Below, piece by piece: positions 12,701-24,741 of a stretch of 63,583 nucleotides of DNA. The stretch comes from Lama glama (taxonomy: Eukaryota), in contig CM052832.1 of the NCBI GenBank assembly GCA_028534125.1, forward strand, positions 16,432,418-16,496,000, written 5' to 3'. Numbering within the stretch: position 1 is the first letter of the stretch; every line of letters starts with the position of its first letter. The translations under genes and the position numbers were made by a program. The notes under the pieces are model-generated. The model was not told the DNA's origin. It was given only the letters and a program-made list of their open reading frames with translations, and ran no database searches.

Positions 12701-13757
12701 CTAACCTGAGGTGGCGCCAGCCATTCTGCTGCTCGTCCCCTTGCACTTCTCCATTTCCTCTTGGGGCTTGAACAGGGCGTTCTGCTGCGGGCGCTAAGTG
12801 TGACCTTCGAACCCTGGTCAGAGTAATGGTGAGGGGCTGCGTAATGTTATTTCATTTCACGGCTTCTGGGCATTCTCCGCCTCCTTGGGGCCTTTTTTAA
12901 CCGCGAGAGTGGTTTCCCAGGTCCAGAAAATGAGCTTGTAGCAGGGGCCACGTTGAGGGAGGCGAAGGGCATTGTGGGGGCGTTATGTAAAAGCAGGACC
13001 CCCTCCGCCCCAACTGACGGATCCTTCTTGGTCCTCGCGCTGCTTGGGCACGTGGCGCTTTTCGCGTATGCTATTGGAAAGATTCCAGGGCGGGAAACAC
13101 CCCAGCGCTTGCGCATCCCTGCGCCCTCAAGTAATGTTTTGGTGTTTTGTTGTTGTTGTTGATGATTTTCCCCAGCCACGCATGCGTGATTGTGTCATGT
13201 GGCTACTTGGGGACTTCTTAGCTTGGAGTAGCACCATTTTGCAGTACGGAAACTACAAAGCAACACAGACTGGAACCTCTCCTCGATATCTGCTTTCTGC
13301 TTCTGGAGAAGTCTGTTTTGATTTGGGAAGACGTTACCCCGAAATAGGATCAAGGAAGATTTAAACAGCCAGGCTGTTTTTCTTAATGGTATGTCTTGTG
13401 CGGTGGTAAAGTAGTTCCAGAATTTATTGGCGGTGAGAATTGGAGTGGGGGCGGAGTCCAAAAGCTCTGGGCAACTGTCTTACAGAGTCTTCTTTCTTAA
13501 CCTTTACTAAGGGACATGGTCTGTTACTGTTGGGTTTCCAGTTTTTCCACAAGATCTATGACCCTCAGGCCCTGCAGAGTCCTGGGTTGTGGGGTTACAT
13601 TTGGGGTATGAGGGGATTTTTGACTCTTAAGGATACTTTTCCTTATCCCAGCAGGTGTCTGGAGGTGGCTCTGGTCACTGCAGGACCACCAAAGGCTTGG
13701 CTTCTTTGTCTCATCCTCCCCTTGCCCAGTCTCATTTTCCCAGCTCTCCCAAAAGCC

Positions 13758-15561
13758 ATGTCTAGGTCCTCCCTCATTAACTTTACCCCAGCCACTGACC
13801 CCAGTGACCTCTGGAAAGATGGGCAGCTGCAATCACAGCCTGAAGAGCTGGAGCCCACCCTTGATGGAGCTGCAACCCGGGCTTTCTACGAGGCCTTGAT
13901 TGGGGATGAGAGCAGCACCCTGGAACCCCAGAGATCTCAGCCTGAGCCTGCCAGTAAGAGAAAGAGGAAGAAGAGAACAATGAGGGAGGCTGCAGCAGGA
14001 ACATCAGGAGGACATGGACAAAGGAGATCCCTGGAGGCAGAAGACAAGATGACCCAGCGGATACTGAGGGCAGCCCAGGAGGGGGACCTGGCAAAACTAA
14101 AAAGACTGTTGGATCCCCATGAGGCAGGGGGAGCTGGGGGGAATATCAACGCTCGAGATGCCTTCTGGTGGACCCCGCTAATGTGTGCTGCCCGGGCCGG
14201 CCAGGAGGCAGCTGTGCGCTATCTCCTGGGCCGTGGGGCTGCCTGGGTTGGGGTCTGTGAGCTGAGTGGCAGGGATGCTGCTCAATTGGCAGAAGAAGCG
14301 GGCTTTCCTGAGGTGGCCCGCATGGTCAGAGAGAGCCCTGGAGAGACGAGGAGTCAAGAGAATTGGTGAGGGGAAGCCTTAGCCCACACCCATCTTTCAC
14401 TGTATTCTGCCCTTCCTAGCCACTCCCCACCAGAGGCCCCAGAACAGAGCTGAAGGGTTCTCCCCTGCCCCCCGTGTAGGCTGATAATGCAGTGTAGTAG
14501 AGTGCTTATAAACATGAGTTCCCTGAGTTTATTTTTCAAATATTTTAAAATCTTTTCCATTTTTTATTTTTCAATTTTTTAATTAAAATATAGTTCAGGC
14601 ATAATATTACATAAATTGCAGGTATACAATGTAATGATTCATAACTTTTAAAGGTTATACTCCATTTATAGTCAAAATATTTGCCATATCCCCTGTGTTG
14701 TACAAGCTCCCTAGATTTAAATCCTGTACTTAGATGGGCACCCTAATATCTATGTGCCTGTTTCCTCATCTGAGAAATGGGGGAAATAAGAGCACCTTTC
14801 TCAACAGAGTCTTGAGGATTTAATGGGTTAATATATGTAAAGTCCTAGAACAGTGCTGGTTGTGTAGTAAGCACTATATGACTACATTAGCTATAGTCAG
14901 TTTTATTCTTCCCTTGCCTGGGAGCCTTGTGAGGCCTGATTACCATCTCTTCTCCCAACTGTGCTCCTCCGAGTCCCTCATTGCTAAGTGGGGAGGAAAG
15001 CAATTTGTTCCTCAGCAGAAACACTGGAAGGACCCTGTCCCATTCTGCCACCCACCCCACCCCCTGAGGCCTCAACCTTTGTGCTGTCCTTAACCCTTTC
15101 TTCTCTTTCTCTACAGGTCCCAGTCCCCCTCCCCCCAGTACTGTGAGACCTGTGGTGCCCACTTCCGAGACTCTAACCACCATACATCCACTGCTCACCT
15201 GCTGTCACTGTCGCAGGATCTCCAGCCCCCCAGCCAGCCCTTTGGGGTGCCTACCTCCAGTCCAGGCTTCAGGCTGCTGCTGAAAGGGGGCTGGGAGCCT
15301 GGAATGGGGCTGGGGCCCCGGGGTGAGGGCCGTGCCAACCCCATCCCCACTGTCCTCAAGAGGGACCAGGAAGGATTAGGCTACAGATCAGCACCCCAAC
15401 CCCGAGTTACACATTTCCCAGCTCGGGATACCCGGGCAGTGGCTGGGAGGGAGAGAACCCCTCGGGTGACCACAATGAGCCAGAAGAGGGAGAGAAGGCA
15501 GGAGGAGAAGGACAGGGCCTGGGAGCGGGATTTGAGGACATACATGAATCTTGAGTTCTGA
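13758..15561 (+). CDS. GPANK1: G-patch domain and ankyrin repeat-containing protein 1 (BAT4), 350 aa
   Basis: Coding exons 13758-14365 ([22 protein letters not shown]; ankyrin [20 protein letters not shown]) and 15117-15561 (G-patch [34 protein letters not shown]). Phase-2 intron; AATAAA at 15705-15710. Confidence 0.96.
14560..14895. mobile_element. L1 3'-end fragment (-, ~14560-14705) abutting a MIR (+, ~14705-14895)
   Basis: T-rich tail plus L1 3'UTR-like TATACAATGTAATGATTCA..CCCTGTGTTGTACAA, then MIR core TTTCCTCATCTGAGAAATGGGG. Confidence 0.55.
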
Positions 15562-15896
15562 CCTTGGCAAGGTCTGACCCTGGTCTGCTTGAGCCTCTGG
15601 CCTGGGCACTTTGGCTTCTACTTCCTGAGGTCTGCTCAGGTCCCAGACCCTCAGGTTTTGAACAGTGGGCTCTGCCTTTGGGAGAGAGAGGCTGAGAGTT
15701 AAAAAATAAATTTTTTTTTCCTCTTTGGTGTTTTATTCACTTTTCTGGAAGCTGTTGCAGGGAAGCCAAACAAGGCTAGGGACCACATACAATCCTACGT
15801 GAGCTAGAAGAGGCAGCTCCTCTAGGTGGCATGATAGGGTCACCTTCCTGCTAGTCTGGTTCACTTCTAGTCCCAGCCACTGCCTTGAGTGACCCA

Positions 15897-16078
15897 CCTT
15901 TTCCTTTCCTTTCCGTTCCATTCCTCTCCTCTCCCTTTCTTTCTTTTTCATTTTTTCTTTTTTCTTTCTTCTTTCTTCCTTCCTTTCTTTCCTTCTTCTT
16001 TCTTTCCCTTTCTTTTCTTTCTTCCTTTCTTTCCTTTTTCTTCCTTTCTTTCCTTTTTCTTCCTTTCCTTTCCTTTGT
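15897..16078. repeat. (TTTC/TTCC)n pyrimidine microsatellite
   Basis: About 180 bp of nearly pure T/C degenerate TTTC repeats. Confidence 0.9.
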
Positions 16079-16849
16079 TTTAAATATATTTTTATTGACG
16101 TATAGTCAGTTTACAATGTTGTGTCACCACCTATTCTTTCAATCCCTGAACCAGCAATTACCCATCTCTGTGCAAGTCTAGCCTCCCCCAGAAATCATCT
16201 GACCACTCTAGCCAATTCAACCACTGATTTCACATAGAAGTTCATGTACTATGCACTAAAAGTAGGAATGAAAGATATTCCCAATCTTGGGGTTGCTCAC
16301 AGCTGGAGGAGGAGACTGTATGTGATAAAATACAATGCACGGTGATAGAAGTCAGGGAATGCTCAAAGATGATGAGAGTGGGTAGGGTCTTGGAGGAAGA
16401 GGCCAGTGTGATAGGAAGGCCTGATTATGAAGACTGTAAGCTATTAGCTGAACTGGGATCAGAATTCTGGCCTTCCAGATCTGCATTTTAAGCCAAGATT
16501 CTTCATTCTGCTACCTGAAAACTGAGGGCTGGAAGTACATCCTATTTGTCTATACTTGTCTTTCCCACATTTCCCTCTCTCCCTCCTCCCTTATGCTGCT
16601 CATACCAGGTGCCAGGCACAAGAAGAGCTCGCTGTTGTCAAATCTAGGAGGTAAATCTGCATGGATGGGCGGAGGAGGGCTACTCAAGTCCCAAGCCTTC
16701 TCTCATAGCTTTCTTTTCCAGAAAATCCTTTAATGAAATCTTGGACTTTAAGAGAAGGAGTGGTGGGGGATACGGGGAAGAACTCAAAGGCTGGAGACTA
16801 ATGGGAGTGGGCGAGTTTAGGGGGCACTGGCGGTCCCGGGACCTCTGGG

Positions 16850-17200
16850 CGACGAAAATGTAAGGCTGGATTTACTGGCCCCCAGCGACCTCGGCTCCGC
16901 GCCGTGTTACGGCCTGGTGCGCACTGATGGCGCCCACAAGCGGCGCGGGGGCGCGGGGGGCGGTCGGTCGGCAGGGTCCTCCCCGTGAGCTGCGGGCTCC
17001 GCCCCCGTCTGTCCCTGTAGTCCCTGTTCTGCTGCTTCCGGGCTCTGCGGCTGGCTCCGGGCGGCTCCGCGAGGCCGCGGCCCCGACGCTGGGTCCGGGA
17101 GGGGCTGCAGCGCCCGGATGCCTGGCTCCCCACGCAGGCCCGCGCTTTGCCTCTCGACCGAGAGCTCCGAGGAACCCTCCAACCTGACCTTGCTGAAGCT
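16850..17200 (+). promoter_or_regulatory. CpG island, probable C6orf47 promoter
   Basis: Very CpG/GC-rich stretch with GC boxes about 700 bp upstream of the C6orf47 ATG. Confidence 0.6.
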
Positions 17201-17867
17201 GAGTCTCAGCTGTGTGCTCGGGGACCGGTGGGGCTACTTACAGGATTCACAGCCCTCTGAATCAAGGGACGAACGTTGCTGGCTGGAGTTTGCCGGATAG
17301 CTCTTCCCCCTATCCACCTAATAGACTTCCTACTCCTGAGCTCCCTTAGGATAGCAGTTCAGAACTCCCTCAGTCGGGAACACCTAGGACCCGGGGCCAC
17401 CTTTCCTTCCTTCCTTCTTGGATGGAGCACCGCCTCCCCATTTTCTGGGGCACCTTGGGGCGTGGCCTTGGTGAGTGAAACTTGGGGTGCTGCCTGCTGG
17501 GAAAGAAACCCGGAAAAACAGGGAGGACACTGTGGGGGTGACCCAGGCTTTGTCAGATCCCGAGACTTTCGGAATCTTGTGTGGTGGTGGTGGTGGTTGT
17601 GGTGGTGGTTAATAAATTTGGATGTGCCTAACTTTACCTCAAAACTGAAAAGGAAACAAACCACCTGCCACGTTTGAGGCTGCATAACCATCCAGGGAAG
17701 TGGGGAGCCACTTCTGAATTCAGAGTAGGACACACCAGGCAGATACCTGTTCTTCTGAGCCTGAACAGACTCTGGCTTCTGAGGAGAACTTCAGCCCTCA
17801 AACCTGAGAGTCTAAGCAGTGCCAGGAAGCAGCACCAGAATTTGGGGCTTCATTACACACCCCAGCC

Positions 17868-18749
17868 ATGTTCCTGCGACGGCTTGGTGGCTGGCTACCT
17901 CGCCCCTGGGGCCGCCGGAAATCAATGAGGCCTGACCTGCCTGCCCCAGAACCCAGACAGATGGACAGCTCCTCCGAGAATTCAGGGAGTGACTGGGACA
18001 GTGCCCCAGAAACCATGGGAGACCTGGGGCCTCCCAAGACCAAGGACTCAGGTGCACAGACGAGCTCTGGGGCTGCTCCAGAACCAAGCAGGGAGTCCCA
18101 AGTTGAGCAACTGGAGAGCAAAAGAATGGATTCTTTCAAGTGGAACAAGACTGTCTCCAGCACTCAAGAGTCTGGGAGACTGGAGGCTGGACAGGCCATT
18201 CCCAAACTGGGATGGGATCCTGTGGACTCAGGTGGCACCAGGAAACCTGGAGTGTCTCCTGAAGAGGGATTGAGCCCCTCTGGGCCTGAAGCCCCACTGG
18301 AGAAGCCTGGTCGGCGTCAGAAGCTGCTGGGCTGGCTGCGGGGGGAACCAGGGGCTCCCTATCAGTACCTGGGGGGCCCAGAGGAATGTCTGCAGATCTC
18401 TACCAACCTGACCCTGCACCTGCTGGAGCTACTGGCCTCAGCCCTGCTGGGGCTATGCTCAAGGCCGTTGAGGGCAGCCTTGGATGCGCTGGGCCTGCAT
18501 GGACCACTGGGCCTCTGGCTACATGGGCTACTGTCCTTCCTGGCTGCCCTGCATGGGCTCCATGCTGTTCTGAGCCTACTTACCGCTCACCCCCTGCACT
18601 TTGCCTGCCTCTTTGGTCTTCTACAGGCCCTGGTGCTGGCTGTCAGCCTCCGGGAGCCCAGCGGGGATGAGGAGGCCATTGACTTGGAGGGCGAGAAGTT
18701 GGGGAGGGAGGGTGAGGAGCAGAGGGGAGACCCAGGAAAGGGGCTGTGA
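17868..18749 (+). CDS. C6orf47: Uncharacterized protein C6orf47 (G4) homolog, single coding exon, 293 aa
   Basis: GCCATG start; MFLRRLGGWLPRPWGRRK..DSSSENSGSDWDSAPETM..; Leu/His-rich hydrophobic C-terminus; syntenic position between GPANK1 and APOM; AATAAA at 19085 and 19472. Confidence 0.95.
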   Translation: MFLRRLGGWLPRPWGRRKSMRPDLPAPEPRQMDSSSENSGSDWDSAPETMGDLGPPKTKDSGAQTSSGAAPEPSRESQVEQLESKRMDSFKWNKTVSSTQESGRLEAGQAIPKLGWDPVDSGGTRKPGVSPEEGLSPSGPEAPLEKPGRRQKLLGWLRGEPGAPYQYLGGPEECLQISTNLTLHLLELLASALLGLCSRPLRAALDALGLHGPLGLWLHGLLSFLAALHGLHAVLSLLTAHPLHFACLFGLLQALVLAVSLREPSGDEEAIDLEGEKLGREGEEQRGDPGKGL

Positions 18750-19750
18750 CCACAGGGTGGGGTGTGTCCCAGGGCCCCATCCTCAGTGAGGTGGGAGCAA
18801 GGGTGAACACAGTGTGGCCTTTAGGAGAGTGGGGGGCATGACCTAGATTGTAAGCACAGGGACCTCAGGGATGGGGTAGAAACCCCAGAGTATGAGGGCA
18901 CAGAGCCCCCCTTCACACACAGGAGAGAATAGAGCTGTTTAGGTGTCTGTTTATGGACAGTGAGGGCATTGCCCTTGAATTCACCAGCTGTTGTTAATTT
19001 TTGCTTTTACATTTCTCCCACCTCCAGTTATTTTTTTTTCCACCTCCACTTTTTAAAAGAAAAAAAAAAGGTGTGATGGTGGAGAATAAAGACTAAAAGT
19101 CCCTCTCTACCTTTCAAAACTCTCCAGGGGTGGAGGAGACCAGAGGTATGACAGATAGATCTCTGGATAGGGTAAGAGGGTGGTTGAGAGACTCAAGGTA
19201 TCCCTTGGATCCTGGGATCTGCGCCATCTAGGGAGGAGTGGCACTGCTAGGTAGGTGAATTAGGGGGTCTGGATGGGCTCCTATAGGTGATGGAGCCTGC
19301 AGGGAGGATCTGGGTGTTCCCAGTAGCCAGAGGGAATTTGGGACTGTGCAGGTATTGTTAGCAGGAGGGCCAGCTCAGAGGGGCTGTCAGCTCAGACAGG
19401 CAGTATGGGGAGCACTGGAGTTTGCAGACCCCACTGGGGTGGGGGTGGGGTTAGAGATTTGCTCACTCAGCAATAAATGTCACACCAAATCCTAAATATA
19501 CCACTACAAAGTAAGAGTTACTGCCAAGTGTCCTTCCTGACGCCGTCCAACTGGAGGTTTATGTGGTAGAAGGTCCAGGGGAAATATTGAAATGGAGGGA
19601 GTGGGACTAATGTCTAGAGACAAACCCCCTAAATAAGATGAGGATTGAAAAACCTTTATTACCCTTGAAAGGGAGTTGGGATTTTCCAGCTTCTCCCCCA
19701 CTACAATGTCAGCTTCTGTATCCATCTGGGGGCACAGATGAAGCCACAGG

Positions 19751-21647
<1,897 letters not shown>

Positions 21648-21768
21648 CTTCAGGAAGGAGGAGCTGGTGCTCTGCCTGGAGTGGCTGGTGTCTTAACTGT
21701 TCTCTCCCACTGGCTGCTCAGTCCACTCTGCTTCCAGCCCCCTTGCCTCGACCCTTGATCCTTCACCT

Positions 21769-21781
21769 GCTAATGAGTAAC
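21769..21781 (-). promoter_or_regulatory. HNF1-like site in APOM proximal promoter
   Basis: Minus strand GTTACTCATTAGC versus HNF1 consensus GTTAATNATTAAC, about 120 bp upstream of the ATG; APOM is an established HNF1A target. Confidence 0.65.
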
Positions 21782-21984
21782 TTCAACCTTGTTTTCCAAC
21801 CCAAGCCTGGATTACTTACAGTGTTTGGGTCTTCTCCTCTACTGAATGTAACCACTTCACAATACATCCTGGCATGTCCAGGATCTCTCAGGAATTTTAA
21901 GGAGAGTTGAGCCCTCCAGGTAGAAGCCTGTGGTCCTTCAACCCTGGATATCTGCTGCGCTGTGCAGCACTGAAGAGAGATGGA

Positions 21985-22530
21985 TTGATTCTTTCATACA
22001 TTCACTCAGCAAACTGTTTTTAAGTCCCAGCTGTTTGTTAGGAACTGGCTAAGCCCTGGGAACATAAAAATGAGTAAGACAGTTCCTGGCCTTGAAGAAT
22101 CAGTCAGAGGAAAATTAGCTATGTAAACAAGTCATTTTAGTACAACCTGGTAAGTGCTTTAGAACAGGTATGAACCAAGTGCTAGAGCATGGTGAATGGG
22201 AGGCTTTCTCTCTGAAGCTGATAATTGGGGAGGCAATATGTATACCCCCTCCCCCAAAAAGTCGGCTGACGCATGAATTCATTCTCTGATTTATTACTAC
22301 AAGTAAGAATCCACGTAACCTAGTGGTTAAAATGTATAGACATTGGGGTCAGGAGAGTGAATCTACTACTTATTAGATGTTGTACAATTTTATTCATCTT
22401 TATGCCTGCTTTTTCATCTGTAAAATGAGCAAATCATCGGTCTCATTCGATTAAAAGAGAGAATGCACATAAAACCCTTAGCAACGGCCTGCACATGGTT
22501 AAGTCCAAAGTAAATACTCGCTATAATTAA
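21985..22530. mobile_element. L2 (-) and MIR (+) remnants upstream of APOM
   Basis: L2 3'-end-like TTCATACATTCACTCAGCAAAC..ATGAGTAAGACAG; MIR-like CCTAGTGGTTAA..TTTCATCTGTAAAATG. Confidence 0.5.
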
Positions 22531-23299
22531 TACTAATGATTGTAAAGCACTTATTATAGTCTCTGGTGGGTATTAAGTTCTCAACAGGAGGTTAGGAAAG
22601 AATTATCAAGAGGCAGTCATGGGTAGTGCCAAGTGGGTGGAGCAGTTACTGCAATGAAAAGTGTGGCTTCCTTTATAACCCACAGACTGTCATAAAGATT
22701 TGTTCTCAGAGGTGAGGCTTGCTATGGGCTTACGATTTAGTTAAAAGAACAAAATGTGGGTGATGGGTATTTGAGGTTTCATTGTATTGTTATGGAGTCA
22801 TGTTTGACATCTTTTTACAATAAAAAACTAAAATACAAGTTATGGGGGCACTACAGTAGAAGTGTTTGACCCAAAGGAATCTGGTAGGCCTGGATTTGTC
22901 GGTTCTGCCACTTACATTCGCCTAAAGATGGATGTAATAACCGTCTCAAATGTTGAAAGGCTTTTAAATGACAGTACCTGAACTCCTCAGCAAATTGGCT
23001 GACACAAACCAGGGGCTCACTAAATAGGTGCTTATTAGAACTCTTAATTGAAACAGTACTGGGCCTTGGGTATAAACTACAAATCCCAGAAAAGCTGGGC
23101 ACGAAGGCAGGCACCCCGGCAGGACCGCGGGCCGAGGCCCTTGCCCAAAGAGTGGAGACAGAAGAGGACACAGGGACAGTAACCCCCGCGGCTCCAGGAG
23201 CGCAGAAGCCTTCAGGCGGCCCTTTCAATCCTCCAGGGTCAGAGCCTTGTGTTTCGGTTCAGTCAGACTCCATTTGCTCCCAACTCCCAAACTCGGAGG

Positions 23300-24450
23300 C
23301 GTCCTTTTTTTTCAGACATAAGTCTTGAAAGGTAGTAAATCCTTAGCTTCTCCAACACATGGCGTGTCCCCTCGGCCGCACACTGCAGAGGAAGAACATG
23401 GCGCCCAAACTCGCAAGATGCCCACCGGACGAAACCGAGGTCGGGCCCAACGACGCCACCGCACGCAAGTCAGCTCGAGAACCACCTCCAACCGCCTAGG
23501 TAAAGGGTGACTTCCGGAGGCGCGGAAAGTGTCGCAGCGAGGGGGATAGTGAGAGGCGGACAGAATTCTAGGTGGCCAGGACAGTGCCACCTCAAATTCT
23601 CTGCAGGCCAAGACTTTCACATAGATTGGCGAGACATAGTCTCCAGTCTCCCAACTCCAAGATCCATACAGCCGTTCAGTGCACCTCTCGAGGAGGTCGA
23701 AAAGTCCCATATAGTAACTGATTTTGTCAGGCATTTATAGCGGCCACCACAACTCCCTACTGCTCAAGCGCGCGCACGGGTGAAAGGAACACCGCCGGCG
23801 GGGGTGGGGCGGTGCCTAACTCTGTACGCGTACGTAGTACGACGCACGCAGGCGCAGTACGGTCCCCCGGGCGACGGCGGCGGCGGCTCTTCGGGGTGCT
23901 CGGCTCCCTCCCATCTAGGCCGGCCCCGGCCCGTCTCGGCCGCAGACGCTTACTGTTTGGGGCCGCGGACTTTCTCGTCGTGCCCCACAAAAGTAAAGCT
24001 TGGGGAACTGGGGGGAGCCGGAAGTACCGCCTCGCGATCCCCAAATACTATCGGGGAAACGGAAGTGGCCGTCGGTGGCAGGTTGGGGGAGACCGGAAGT
24101 GACGGTCCCGTGGGGAAGTCGGGGGCGGAGCCGCTGGCTGGCGCTGTGTGTGTTTGGTGTTGAGTCTGGTGTATTAGTTGGGCCGCTTTGCTAGAGCACC
24201 GAGGGAAGGCGGAAGAGAAGGGCAGTCAGCTGGCCGGTCTGGCCCTCAGTGAGTGTCCGTCATCTCGGGTTTATCGTGACTTAGGCGGGTTCGATGGGCG
24301 TGGCGTGGCGCGCGTGCGCGCGAAACCACTTTCTCCGCCAGGTCTGGCGCGACCCTCGCTTTTGCGTTGTCCCAGGATTTGCCGACTTCTTGGGCCCTTG
24401 TCCTGTCGCGACCGGTGATGACACTGGTTTTGTGCTTCCTTCCTTCGCTG
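23300..24450. promoter_or_regulatory. BAG6 CpG-island promoter (divergent from APOM)
   Basis: CpG-rich, with several CGGAAGT ETS sites (~24018, 24060, 24093; reverse at ~23510) and YY1-like ACATGGCG motifs. Confidence 0.75.
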
Positions 24451-24741
24451 CTTTCTAGCCCGACTGGCCCTCCCTTATTGTGATTGGCATCGTGGAGCCC
24501 CTCCCACCTCCCGTCCTCCAGCTCCGTGTGCCGTCGATCTCTTGCCCTTTGTGTCTCTCTCCCTGTGCCCCGGAATCAGAAGGGGGATGGGGGCGGGTGT
24601 GAGTGTGTGTGTTTGTGTGGGAGAAACTCTTTAGGCATTGGGGCGGAGTCTTGGGCCGGGTAGGCTTCCGGGTACATAAAAATCTGCCCTGGGCGACAGC
24701 GGGCCGTCTCCTTTCCATTCTTCCTTAGACAGCTGTCGGCC

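Noticed and set aside
13440..13757. 106-codon open extension upstream of the GPANK1 ATG (309-aa ORF call)
   Set aside because: The ORF call starts at a non-ATG codon and crosses a likely acceptor (CCCAGCAG ~13651). Recognisable GPANK1 sequence starts at GCCATG 13758.
15733..16181. Phe/Ser/Leu-rich and Lys/Glu-rich ORFs
   Set aside because: Translations of the TTTC microsatellite
17359..17733. Minus-strand ORF with a poly-His tract
   Set aside because: The His run is the translation of a short (GGT)n repeat upstream of the C6orf47 ATG
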